A DNA stretch of 61,130 nucleotides, filler included, from Ionaspis alba (Eukaryota), in the NCBI GenBank assembly GCA_964255285.1. It is 8 parts of 8 records of this genome, joined end to end, with 100 filler letters (N's around TTAATTAATTAA, not from the genome) between each part and the next. Parts side by side here need not be neighbours in the genome. Positions count along the whole stretch, not along the records: positions 1 to 7,612 come from CAXUUL010000819.1; positions 7,713 to 15,316 come from CAXUUL010000820.1; 6 more parts are not named here. One strand, written 5' to 3'. The notes beneath the pieces are model-generated. The model was not told the DNA's origin and searched no databases. It saw nothing but the letters and a program-made list of their open reading frames with translations. Made by a program: the position numbers and the translations under genes. Of the stretch, positions 1 through 11,704 are shown one piece after another (within the stretch, counting starts at the first letter, position 1; every line of letters begins with the position of its first letter).

Positions 1-1
1 G

Positions 2-253
2 GATGGAGGGGTGGGGAAGAGGAGGCCGAGGAAGAAGGGAAATGAGGTGCTGGGTGTGGAGTATAAGGCGCTTTATCAGAAGGCGGTGGAGGAGTTTCTG
101 TGTAGTTCGGAAATGGCGTTCCGGAGCTTGTTGAAGGAGTTTGTGGATCATCGTATGGTGGTTGTGAGGAGAGATGCAAGTGGGCTTGAGGTGTTGGGGG
201 TCGAGATGGGGAGGGCGGAGATGGAGGGGGTTTTGGAGGATTTGATGGGATGA
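2..253 (+). CDS. ORC2: Origin recognition complex subunit 2, C-terminal end (5' truncated)
   Basis: GVEYKALYQKAVEEFLCSSEMAFRSLLKEFVDH...VLEDL matches the fungal Orc2 C-terminal winged-helix signature; frame is open to the scaffold edge. Confidence 0.88.
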   Translation, partial: DGGVGKRRPRKKGNEVLGVEYKALYQKAVEEFLCSSEMAFRSLLKEFVDHRMVVVRRDASGLEVLGVEMGRAEMEGVLEDLMG

Positions 254-414
254 GTGGGAGGAGCATGATATTATCTGTGGTTGAGATGTCGCTGAGGGGA
301 AGGATGCTTCGTGTATATACTTGCATTGGTACCCTGAGCTTGTGGGTTCCGGAGACTCTAAACCTGAAACCTATCCATTTGATGGCGCCGTCTTCACTGT
401 CAGACCTTATTTTA

Positions 415-2905
415 TCACCAGATCATTTGCGTCTCCCTCTCCAACCACTTCAACGACCGTTCATCCTTTCCCTGGAAGAAACCTCTCGTCTTCTCCAAAA
501 CCTCATTATGGTACTCATTCAACCACTTCCTTTCCCTATCCGACAAGAGCTTCTCGTCAATCAGCTTCCGACACATTGGTGTCATAGTCACGTGTTCGAA
601 TCCCAACCAGGGTTTCTCGCCGAAGGAATGCGTGGTCTTGACCTCTCGGGCCATGATGATGTCTGTAATGTGGTCAACTCGTGATAAGACAGATGGGAGC
701 AATTTTGTATCTCACTTTCGATCCGAATGCCAAAGTTGCCATCTTCATAGTAGCCTGGTTCGTCGGAGACGACGTTGCCTGCTGAAAGGGCAACTTCGGT
801 GTATTGGACTCTGGTGCCGATGCCGATAGGGCCTTCGTGGACATTCTGCGGAAAGTCGCCACCATCAGCAGCCGGTCATGTCTTGGGTGCAAGTAAGAGT
901 ATGATGCATACCAAGTATGAACCCACTCCGTGGCCTGTGCCATGTCTATAATCCAAACCTTCCTCCCACAGGTACTGTCTCGCCAGTGTATCTAGAGCAA
1001 GACCATTCGTTCCTTTCGGGAACACTACCTTATCTAGAGCTATGACGCCTTTCAATACTAGAGTGTATGCTTTCCGCTCAAGATCTGTAGGTTCGCCGAA
1101 ATGTAGTGTGCGGGTGGTGTCAGTGGTGCCGTCTAGATATTGAGCACCAGAGTCACAAAGATAGATGGCCTTGGGATCTATAGTTGCACAATTCCCTCGC
1201 TCGGGTTTGTAGTGGATGACTGCGGCATTGGCTCCGGTGGAGGAGATGGTGTCGAAGGAGAGGCCGACAAAATTGCTGTGTTTTCTAGACAGTGTTGTTA
1301 GTCGATACTATCTGGGCGAAAGGTCACTTCTACAAAGAGTGAGCGTACGATCGAATCTGCTCCAGCTTGTCGGCAGCTTGGACTTCATCAAGTTTCGTTC
1401 CTTTCGTCACAAGCTCCTCCTCCAGCCACGCGAAGTACTCGGTGAGCGCTGCCCCATCTCGAATATGACACTGTCTCATGCCTTCGAGTTCGGTGCTGTT
1501 CTTAATAGCTTTGGCATCGCCAACTGGACTTCGCATCTCGTCGACTTTGTCCTCGCCTCCTAGAGCAAGACTTAGAGCCCATGACGCCTTGGTTGAAATC
1601 ATAAATTTTCGGCTCGGTACTGCGCTCTTCTGGTCGCCGCCTGTTACTACGTCCTTCTCCAGAGATTTGCCCATTTCTTGGATGTCGTCGAAGATAGCTT
1701 CGTAAGGTTGGATGTGTACGGAGTCGCCGAGATGAGATCTAACATCGTTGTCGATCTTACTGGAGTCGACGTACAGAGTAGCACTAGAAGGCGTAACTAC
1801 AGCGTATGAGAAGAAAACAGGATTGTAAGGAATACTGTCTATGCATTAGCGAACTAGAGGCATAAGATGAGCGGTAGTCGTACTCGTTGCCGCGAAGATT
1901 ATATAGCCATGCAATCTCGTCCAGCATAGCTATCAGGCATCAACGGTTAGTGTAGAATCTTTCGCAATGAACGAGGTCTACATTCGACAACGTACAAACG
2001 ACAAGACCGGCACTCTTCTTCTTCTCCAGTTCTTTCCTCAGATCTTCTAGCTTTTCCTGGAACTTCTTTCCCGTATACTCAATGCCTAGCACTTTCACCT
2101 TTTCACTCGGCCGTGATGGCTTGGCCTTGCCCCATACTTGGTCGATTAGATTAGTCGTTGATCCCCTCAATTCGCCACCACCCTTTTTCTTTATCTTTTC
2201 CGCAAGCTTGCGGGCGTCGGCTACTCATAATTAGCTTTTAATTTGTGACTATGAACCAGATTGCATGCTGACGGGCTGTGATGACCGCAGAATCCACTCC
2301 CACGGTCTTGCCGCCTTCGGAATGATCAGCAGTCCTGCTATAATCAGATTATTCAAAAAAGATAGTGGTTCCAGATCATACGGACCATTCTTGCCAGGTA
2401 GGTACATCTTCTAAGCCTTGTTTGAGCAGTTCCCAATTGCTGTCAAGCTGCTTCGACGCTTGATTGAAATAGCGACCATCTGTAGCCAAAGCTGCCTTTT
2501 CCAACGTTATGACAGCTGTGCCAGCGGAACCCGAGAATCCAGAAATATGCTCTGGCTGGATCAGCTCCTGTTACTTGGGATTCCGCGCCAATTTACCTCG
2601 TCGCGCATCGCAAGGCGCGATGTATTCAGACTGATGACTGTCCTCGGAAGGAACGACTTGAGCAGATCAGTCACCGTCTTTCTACACCTCAATCAAAAAT
2701 CACCGTAGATGTCGAACTTGTGTTCTTTCATGAGACTTCGAAGCCTCTTGAGACGATCTGATGAATCCACCATCTCCATGTCGATGGATGCAAGCACTTT
2801 TGAGCTGGAGAATGTTCTCTTGCTAACGGACCTGAAGCTGATGCTCAAGCTTGAAGCCAAAGTCGAGAAGCCAGAATTGCGCAAAATTCGAGGTAGTAGC
2901 AGCAT
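415..2905 (-). CDS. Xaa-Pro aminopeptidase (aminopeptidase P, M24B), about 8 introns
   Basis: Spliced exons give [70 protein letters not shown] and GFEHVTM; GT..AG introns between them. Confidence 0.95.
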
Positions 2906-3460
2906 TGACTGAGGTAAGTTTAGAACAAATACACCTGTAGGTCCTTCTGTTTGTAGGGCACGTGCAGCCGGGCGGAGGCGCGCGAGCCGCTTTTTTTGCC
3001 TGATGAGGAAATCCAGCCGGGACAGGCGATCGTTTCGGAGAGGTGGATCTTGACTCGTGTAGAGGAGCTTGTCTTTCGGAATGATACTGCCATGGATTGA
3101 CGTCGTATTTCAGAAGTGCTCTAACACGCACAGATTCTCAGATGATGTTCAAAGCCCACAAGGTTCTTTGTCTCACAATAATATAGTTTTTCCCCAACTC
3201 ATCTTTCCTTCCTTATGTGTTAAGATTTGAATTGCGTTCGTGCTTACTTCACGTCTTCTACAAAAGACTGCTTGCTTACTTTTCATCATGAGCAATTCTC
3301 AATCTATTAATTTTTCAAATCCAGGCCGCGCACATTGATTTGTCGAGAGGAAGATCACAGTGATGTTGAGTTCCCTTGCCACCACCTGAGAAGTAACTCC
3401 TTTCTTCCAAGCACCAGTCTTTTGTCTTGAGCCAATCTCTCGATCACCACGAGTACAGCC

Positions 3461-6400
3461 ATGATGAATGGGCCTGGAGCAATCCCGGAGCCCCAAACTC
3501 TTGAAGAGGCGGAACGGGTACGTTACGGCAGTGCGACTCCACGCTGTGCAGATACTGATGTTTTGCATTCAAGTTGGTACAAAGGCTGTATTCTCAAGGA
3601 GCGTCGCAAGATATTCCGCAGATTGAGAAAGCTCTACAAAAATTGCAGAGATCACCGCAGGGCTGGCAATTGGCTGACTATCTCCTACGAAGCCAAGACA
3701 CGCAAGTTCGTTTCTTCGGCGCGCTAACCTTCGCAACCAAGATCAAGGCAACCTCGTAGGTGTACCCTTCACTAGCAATGCGACCACTAACTTCTCTCAG
3801 TGTGCCTCTTGGAGACAACGCTCCCGTGTTATTGGAGAAATTGCTCTCATGGCTTCTCCTGTTCGTGTCTGCAAACGAAGCCTCTTTGATAACGAGGAAG
3901 ATGTGTACGGCCTTAGCAGCATACTTCATCCATTCTTCAGGCTCTTGGAGATACTGTGTACGGCATTTGATTTGCTCATTCCACGCGAATTCATTTATGC
4001 CGGCCAGTGCTGTTGAGAAGTCTGCTCCAGTCAAAGAAGTACTTCCGCAGCTCAGCCTGTCTCAAGTCGTCACGACTCTTTACTTTACCACTATCCTAGC
4101 TGAAGAGGTGGGGAAGACAAGTGCAGATAGCAATCGAACGTATGAAGAAGTGAGCCTCGTCCCGGAATACGGGGCTATCGCTTATTGATGGATGTCCAGT
4201 CATGTTTTTCATGAGAGTCTTCTCCACAACTTGGAAGATATCTTCCACCTTCTGGAACTCACAATGGATCTTGAGAAGACAAACTGTAATACGACATTGG
4301 TGAAGGAGAGCGTCAAATGTTTCCAGGTGACAGTCATCCTTCCTGCGAGAATTTACTTTGACTGATTTTCATAATGTCCAGACTTGGGTCATGTACGCGC
4401 AGAGAGCTTGGTCTGGTAAAACAGAAGCATTGCAGTCACTGAGAATGTTGACTCCTCTCGCTGCTAGACTCCTAGAAACGCCCACATTGTTCGATGTTGT
4501 GCAGGATTTTCTCAATGATGTTCTCACCAACTATCCCGCCTTCTTGCTTGCTCACGATTACAAAATAATAGGGAACTTACTGTGCACTCCTTCACTAAAA
4601 CCTTACGCCTCAAACTTGAATGCTGGTGACTTCGATGCTGATTCTTTGGCTTTTGGGAGGTTGCTACTAGCATTCGGAGATGCCACAGTTCAAGACATTT
4701 CTACGAGTACGGAGGATCCATTGTACGAGCAGATCAGAGTCTACCTTGTTGGTCTCTTGATGTGCAATGGTTACGCAGTGGTGGAAGATGAGATCTGCGC
4801 TCAAGCTCTGGAATTTTGGATAACGTATGTCGAATTCCTTACCGACGCGCTATTTGAAACAGATGATAGCAAGCCCCCTTGGGTCGATCATGCCAAAGAT
4901 GTCGTCAAGACTGTACTAGCTGCTGCGTTGGCTAAAGCTCGCGTACCACCAGCCACACACCCTGCATTCGGAGATGCAGAAGCGCGTGTTGGCTTCACAG
5001 CATTTCGAGCCGACGTGGAGGATCTAATTCAGTCATCATTCAATTTGTTTGGTATTGAGCTACTTGAGGGGCTTGTCAAATCGGTTCTCGGTTGTTTAGT
5101 CAAGCAGTCTTGGTATGATTTCGAAGCAAGTCTATTCTGCGTGAACGCACTCGCCGACGCCGTAACCAACATCGAAGGAGCCGATCCAATACTATTAGAG
5201 CTTTTCAATTCTTCTGCCTTCACCATAATGGCAAGCGAAGTGGCCTCAATACCAGCAGTCGTGGAAAGGCAGGCATTCGCCATGATCAGTCGATTTACCT
5301 GGTTCTTCGAGAGACATCAAAGCTATCTTCCTGGAGGTCTAAACTTCTTATTCGGAGCACTAAGATCACCAAATCTGGCCAGTGCAGCATCCAAATCAAT
5401 CTTTGGTATGTGCTCAAGCTGCAGGAAGTTCCTGACTTCTGAGATTGACGCCTTCTTGCGACAATATGAGACATTGTTCTTCTCCGGCGGCATGGATTCC
5501 ACAACGAAAGAAAGATTGTCTGGCGCCATTGCTGCTGTCATACAGGCTCTACCATCCGAGGAGGCAAAATTGGCACCGTTAGATCGATTGCTCAAATTTG
5601 TGGAGGCTGATGTAGAGGCGGCGATAAAACTACAGGACGAGGGTCAGAAGGAGGAGGCCTACATGAAGGCTTTGTGCACTCTCAAATGTCTTGTCAGCAT
5701 GGGTAAAGGATTCCAGATTCCAGATGAAGTTACAATCGAGCTAGACACCGACTCCTGGAAGTCAAGTTTATGGAAACAGGAGACCGGATCCACCTTCCAA
5801 CATAGGATCACGCGGTGCTATTCAAGTATCCTTAGCAGGCTCGGCGATAAGGGAGATCTTATAGAAGCGACCTGCCAAATCCTCCGGACTGGTTACACGG
5901 AAACCAAGCCTGGGCCTTTCGTGCTGTCACCCAAAGATACCCGAGACTTTTTTCTACTTTGTGAAGCCTCGACCGAGAGGATAGACTACGTGCTCGAGAC
6001 CGTTGGGGTCATGCTGAGTCGGCAAGTTGTCGCAGATGCAGATGACATGACATTGGTTGCAACGGAAGTATTTCACCGCGCATTGGAGTACGTCGTGGTC
6101 TTGAAGTGTGGGTCGGACACCGTCCAAACCATCTCTCCCTGTCTCTGACCGAGTCTAGCGCAAGGTCGCCTGAACCACGAGCCCGAATTGATGTCAAGCT
6201 GCATTGATCTAGCAGCAAGGCTCATTCCACGTTATCTTCAGAGCATATTCGATCCTCAAAATCAGCATATGCTAGCCCCTTTTTGCCATGCGACATCAGT
6301 GTGCTTGATAGGAGCAGAAATCATGCCAAAACGAGCTGCTGCAGCGTTATGGGTAGGTCCTGTCGAAGTTTGACGAAGCCCACAAACTAAGGTATGTTTT

Positions 6401-6845
6401 AGATCTCTTGGTTTTCACTTCACAAGCAACGATTACAAACTATCGATAACGAAGAAATCCAAAATTTCATTGATGTTATCGTCCGTGGCTCTGGCAGCTC
6501 CATTGCATTTGCAATAATCAGTGGTATCGGTGGCTCGGCTGCTCGGAGTGAGCTCGACACCATTGTCGAACCACTCAAAAAGATGATAGTCACTGTACCT
6601 GAATCAAAGCAGCTGCTCGAACATGCGCTCCTAAGCCCCAACTTCCCAAGCAAGACGGTAGGCAATGTTGAGAAGCGTATATTCCTTCAGAAGATTATAA
6701 GGTGAGAGAGATATCCATCAACCAATACTTTGCACCTGTTCTGATTATGGTACTTCACAGCCTCAGAGGAGCCCGAGGCACTAATCAAGTGGCGAAAGAC
6801 TTCTGGATGCAATGTCGTGGAACTACACTATCATTCGCGTCATAG
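3461..6845 (+). CDS. Importin-beta family karyopherin (importin-13/Kap122-like), multi-exon
   Basis: N-terminal LQKLQRSPQGWQLAD...VRFFGALTF, HEAT-like helical 596-aa exon, last exon LRGARGTNQVAKDFWMQCRG..; stop TAG at 6843-6845. Confidence 0.85.
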
Positions 6846-6944
6846 CATTATCTAATGACGAATGAGATTCCTGAGAGAGTCACGGACGGTCTCGAAGCAC
6901 TGCGCTACTGCCCGTGAATTATTCAACGAGTGCATGCTCGGTAT

Positions 6945-7612
6945 CTAGAACTCTGCAAACGCGGCCAACATGAAAGTTGCACCAAAACTCAACTTGAAAG
7001 CCACATTATCTTCAATCGCGGACCTCAGATCTATGCTCTTCACATACCGCTGCAGTCTTGTCGTCGGCACTATATTGAACCCTCGACTGGCCGCAAACTA
7101 AAGTTTTTATCAGCAGTCTCGAATATTCTGAGCTGACTCCGAAGCCAATAGCCTACCTGTACTCCGAATACCATTAAGCCAATCAAAAACGCCAAGGTCT
7201 TCGAGAACGTTGATACCGCAAGACCACCCACCAAGCCTATTTCACAGCAAGTGATTAGCACTCTTAGTTCCTGATGCCTCTTTTGTCTCCGCCCACAAAC
7301 TGTCCCCTGCTTCCTCAACCACTCCATGAGTGCTTCGTGCTCAACTACCCCGCGCTTCTCGTTTCCCCCCAAAGATATCCTACCTACCTAATATGCTTCC
7401 TGAGCTTATTTGCCTAAACGCATTTGGGTTCACTTTTCCACCCTTCACAATCGGTACCTTAGCATCGCGTGTGTATGTCCGGAACGCGTCGTGAGCTGTT
7501 GCTGAAGCGCTCTCGCATAGTAGTGGTCTTGAAATGTTCCGGTAGCAGGAATGGGCTGCGAATGCGGACGAAATGCCGAGACCAAGGGAGAGTAGTGGGC
7601 GTCGGAGCTGGA
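6945..7612 (-). CDS. FUN14-family mitochondrial outer-membrane protein (5' end lost at linker)
   Basis: Spliced RQISSGSILG/LVGGLAVSTFSKTLAFLIGLMVFGVQ/FAASRGFNIVP...DNVAFKLSFGATFMLAAFAEF*; two GT..AG introns. Confidence 0.82.
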
Positions 7613-7712
7613 NNNNNNNNNNNNNNNNNNNNNNNNNNNNNNNNNNNNNNNNNNNNTTAATTAATTAANNNNNNNNNNNNNNNNNNNNNNNNNNNNNNNN
7701 NNNNNNNNNNNN
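7613..7712. other. Artificial scaffold linker N44-TTAATTAATTAA-N44; identical linkers at 15317-15416, 22991-23090, 30663-30762, 38333-38432, 45960-46059, 53549-53648
   Basis: Identical 100-nt structure with stops in all six frames, repeated seven times. Confidence 0.98.
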
Positions 7713-8016
7713 GGGAGAGGGTTGTTTTTGCGGTGTTGGAGGAAGGGGGGATTGAGGACGGGGAGGGGAATTATGGGGTCTTTTGGAGGCGATTGGAGGG
7801 GGTGGTTTTTTGAAAGCGGAGAAGAGATGTGGAGAGGGTTGCCGGGGAATCGTGTGAGTTTTTGGGATGAGCGCGCAGTTGCAATTGGTGCATGTGAAGG
7901 CGTTGAAAGGGTTTCCGGTTTTAATTGATACCCATAGAGCAGCCTGTCTGTGTTAGACACAAATGAAACTATATCCCTTTCAATATATCCCCATTTACCC
8001 CCCTTCAAGCCACCAA

Positions 8017-8692
8017 CTACAACCTCTTCCTCCCCACCTTCTTCCTCTCCGCCTCGGCATTCTTGAACGGCCACCCACTCGTCCTCTTGTCCGCTCCAGT
8101 CCGTTTACTGATCCTACTTCCCTCCGCAAACATCAGACACCAAAGCCCCATCGCTGCCATAATTCCGTTTCCAGCTATACTGAGCCCAAAAGATGTCTGC
8201 CCTGTTTTTGTGTATTGCATATAGGCGTAGAAGGTGGATATACTATGGAAGATTGTCGTAATGAGGACGGTGGGGGAGGCATAGGGGGATTTTGGGGGTG
8301 GAGAGTCGGAGGAAGCTGGCAAGCATGTTTAGTTATAGGCCAGCGAAATGAATACAAGTGAATTGGGTAGGCAGGGGCTGATTAGAGGTGTGGGGGAAGC
8401 GAGCGTACTTTCGGCAAAAGACGAGGTAAGAGGAATTGAGTTCGTGAGGACGAGGACGAGTAGCGCGAAGGTAAAGAGCGTAAACCCGAGGGAGCGGCAG
8501 AAGTACTCTTCCAGGACTGTATCGCGCGTTAGCATGCTTGGGACGACATCTATAACTGAGTGGCTTGCCTGTCGGCTTTCGAGCTTCAGCCGAGAGCATT
8601 GTCACAATCAGAGTCGGAGTGACAAGAAGAGGTAAGGCTTGCATGCTAAGCCAAGCTGCCGTACCGAGCGCGTATGGCTGAAGGACGTCCAT
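8017..8692 (-). CDS. Small multi-pass membrane protein of unknown function, 2 introns
   Basis: Exons MDVLQPYALGTAAWLSMQALPLL.../LEEYFCRSLGFTL.../PYASPTVLITTIFH...GLWCLMF...ISKRTGADKRTSGWPFKN; about four hydrophobic segments. Confidence 0.8.
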
Positions 8693-9361
8693 GACTAGTC
8701 CAGTTGTGATATATCCACGGATCTCGAGAAGACAGCAATAATGAAATCTCGTCAAAAAGCTACGTACCCCCGCTACGTCATCTCCCAGCAACCCTAGGGC
8801 TCCAGGTTCAGGGTCCTAACCTGCGACATACCCGCTCGATAGCCGCTGTCACACCCGTCACAGCGGCCATTGGCCCGCCCTCAAGGGCCCACGTACCTAC
8901 CTACCTTACCTATCTCGCATGTGCAGGAGTTCATCATCGAATCTCACATACAGAAGATTCAAGGACCGTGCGAGAATAAATTTCCGAAAAAGCTGGTCGT
9001 ATTCTGCATACATAATAGTCTTACTTGAACTACACATCTAGTACACCCCCCCTTCATACATCCTCCTCCTAGTACAGTGACACGATACATGCCAGCCAGT
9101 TCCACCATCACCGTGGCGTTTCCAAAACCAAATCGTGGTATAATGAGTGACTTCCCTCGTTTTCGATGATGCGTCTTCAAATGAATGCCCCCTGTAAAGC
9201 GTCGTAATACTGCTTTGCCTTCTCGAATCCCTTTTTGCTTCGAAATGTAAAGTAAATGGAGCAGCTCATGCTCCTACCACAGCGCCTTGCTTGAAAAACG
9301 TGAAAATATAATAAACATAGAACCCCTCGTAGCAGCACCCTTAGTCTCCGCGCTCGATGAA

Positions 9362-11704
9362 TTAGCGTGACCCAAGATTCAGCCAACTCATGTCTTCTTC
9401 GGTCCGTTGCCCCCGATGTCTACCATAGGCGTCCCCAGCTGGTCGTGGGAAAGGCCTCGAGCCTTGTGCATCCGGGACAGGCTCCGCCCTTGGAGCTGCT
9501 GTTTCAGGTATTGACCTTTCGGGTCTCTCTGGCCTTGTGACACCACCCGCAAAGTCCCTCGAAGCAATACTCCTCAAGCCTCGCTGGTCGCCCACAGGTA
9601 TGACGGTCGTCTGACTCGTCCGATTCGAAGATGGCACACCCGGGAAGTTAGGAATCTTGACCCTGTTTCCGGGATGAGGATAGATGGCACTGTCGGCATA
9701 GACGCTGCTGGCAGGCCGCTGGTCCCACTCACTACCTCGATCGCTGGTAGCGACGGGAGTCCAAGAATCGGGGCCAGAGCTTTCATCGTTGAAATTATCC
9801 GGTTCTTCGGGGCTTTGCGTGGACATACTGTTGGCTGTTGGTGGATCTCGCATGATGGTAATACCGTTTTGTAGATTCTGAGGATGTGTGTTGGCGTATC
9901 CATTCTCTGCCGACGGATATTGACTAGCACGTATGTTGAGAGGTGGAACTTCGGCAGATTCGTGAGGGTGTGATGAAGCAATTCGAGAATCGTTCGTATA
10001 GTCCGATTGGCTGGTATACGTCAATGGCCTTGTTTGGTCAGAGTTCTGTGCATAGCTGTGCGGTAGGCGATCCAGGTCAGCTCCTATGTGGTTGTTCATG
10101 AAATAAGTACTCCATCCCTCATCCGTTCTAGGTTGAGTACGTGGCTCTGAAGTGAGAGGGTAATCTCGTACTGGTCGCTCCGGAGGTGTAATTAGTCTTG
10201 GTGGTTGAGGAGACGATATGAGCGGTGAGTTCTTGTCTTTACGGCTGAAGAAAGACTTGGCGCTTCCGCTACTATCGCCAGCCTTGTGCATGAGGCCACG
10301 TTTGCTTTGATGACCTGCAGAAGTGGGAGCCTTGGTAGGGCTCTCCACCAATCTGTGTCGGTTCCCGACCGAACCTCCAGCATCTGCCATGAATTCGGCG
10401 CCTTGGTCGGCAAAGTCCATCTGATTCTTCGAATCCGAGGAGAAGCGCCGCCGATGATCTCGCTTCTTTCGTTGCCGACGAAATCGTAGGAGTAGAAGAG
10501 CTATGATTAGAATAGCAATGAGTCCAAAGATAGCACCAAGAACAGCACCGAGGATCAGAAGGGATCTATTTCTGCCGGCATTCGGGTCAGCGGCGGCTGA
10601 AGTCGATGACGCTGGTGCGATTGTGGTGAGAGTGGAGGAAGGAGACGGCGATGAAGGAGATGGGGTGGATGGATTATCGGCTGCAATTCCGAAGAATTCT
10701 TTCCCATCAATCCACGTATTACCGGTCTGGTTGAATAAAGCAATCGAGTCCGAGTCCGCAGTAGCACCACCACCAGAGACAATAACCAGACCAGATGAAT
10801 CCGAGGCAAGAGAGAATCCTTGTCGCGTCGTTGTAGGTGCAAGAGAACCGTTATAGGGTGGCAAATTGGCGAAAGTCAAGTCTCGCTCATGCGACCTTGG
10901 TGCCCGTTCTGATTGTTCCCAAGTGCTCGGTATCTTCTTTCGTTCCCGGAGATCCCGAGTCAACCTCAATGGAGCCCGAGGTGGCTGTAGTATGAAAGTT
11001 GAGACTGTGTTAGGTGATTTGCTAAGGTCGAAGAGTTCCAAGACTTTACTTCCATCAGCACCATTAACGACAGCACCTTGAATCTTGCTGGTGTCCGTTA
11101 CTGCGAACGGTAGAGTGACGTTGGCCTTGTGCCATCCATCGGCTTCGCTGAATGTCCAAACTTCCTTGTTGCCAGCATCACCTCCTATCATTACGGCATG
11201 ACTTGAGTTCCACGGCATAACCATGGGCTGTAGGACAGGTGGCGCATCCGAGTTGTAGGCCCTCATTGTGAAGTCGTTGGTGGAGACGGTGAAAGTCTGT
11301 GATGAGTCCGTGTAGCTGTTGTCTTGGAAGCCCGAGTATATGAGTATGGAAGAAGTCGAGTTGAGGTAAGCTATGCCATGGAACTGACGGTTCTGAACAA
11401 CAGACATCTCGAGCATAGCGCTCTGCCACTTCTGGTCCTTGAAAGAGAAGCTTTGGAGCCCCTTGTAGCGCTGGTCGAATGGGTTCGTGGTTCCGCCGAC
11501 GACAAATAGCTCATCTTGACCATTGACCGAACCTATGACGCATCGGGCACTTTTGGTGGAGACTCCCATTGGTAGTTGAGACCATTGCGCACCAGGCCGG
11601 AGAGGTAAAGACTGGAAGGCGTCTGGCTGGAAAGCGTAGAGAGTACCATCATGAACGACGGAGCAATGATCCTTGAGAGGAACCGGAGGGTTTGGCAAAG
11701 ACAT
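9362..11704 (-). CDS. Single-pass membrane protein: Kelch/galactose-oxidase-like beta-propeller, S/T/P stalk, TM helix, long disordered tail
   Basis: 780-aa ORF; repeated GG/W motifs (FVVGG, VMIGG, IVSGG); TM LLILGAVLGAIFGLIAILIIALLLL followed by RFRRQRKKR. Confidence 0.82.
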   Translation of the reverse strand: MSLPNPPVPLKDHCSVVHDGTLYAFQPDAFQSLPLRPGAQWSQLPMGVSTKSARCVIGSVNGQDELFVVGGTTNPFDQRYKGLQSFSFKDQKWQSAMLEMSVVQNRQFHGIAYLNSTSSILIYSGFQDNSYTDSSQTFTVSTNDFTMRAYNSDAPPVLQPMVMPWNSSHAVMIGGDAGNKEVWTFSEADGWHKANVTLPFAVTDTSKIQGAVVNGADGSKVLELFDLSKSPNTVSTFILQPPRAPLRLTRDLRERKKIPSTWEQSERAPRSHERDLTFANLPPYNGSLAPTTTRQGFSLASDSSGLVIVSGGGATADSDSIALFNQTGNTWIDGKEFFGIAADNPSTPSPSSPSPSSTLTTIAPASSTSAAADPNAGRNRSLLILGAVLGAIFGLIAILIIALLLLRFRRQRKKRDHRRRFSSDSKNQMDFADQGAEFMADAGGSVGNRHRLVESPTKAPTSAGHQSKRGLMHKAGDSSGSAKSFFSRKDKNSPLISSPQPPRLITPPERPVRDYPLTSEPRTQPRTDEGWSTYFMNNHIGADLDRLPHSYAQNSDQTRPLTYTSQSDYTNDSRIASSHPHESAEVPPLNIRASQYPSAENGYANTHPQNLQNGITIMRDPPTANSMSTQSPEEPDNFNDESSGPDSWTPVATSDRGSEWDQRPASSVYADSAIYPHPGNRVKIPNFPGVPSSNRTSQTTVIPVGDQRGLRSIASRDFAGGVTRPERPERSIPETAAPRAEPVPDAQGSRPFPRPAGDAYGRHRGQRTEEDMSWLNLGSR

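Noticed and set aside
7657..7668. Regularly spaced TTAATTAATTAA repeats about every 7.6 kb
   Set aside because: Always centred in N-runs; artificial six-frame-stop linker, not a biological repeat or CRISPR
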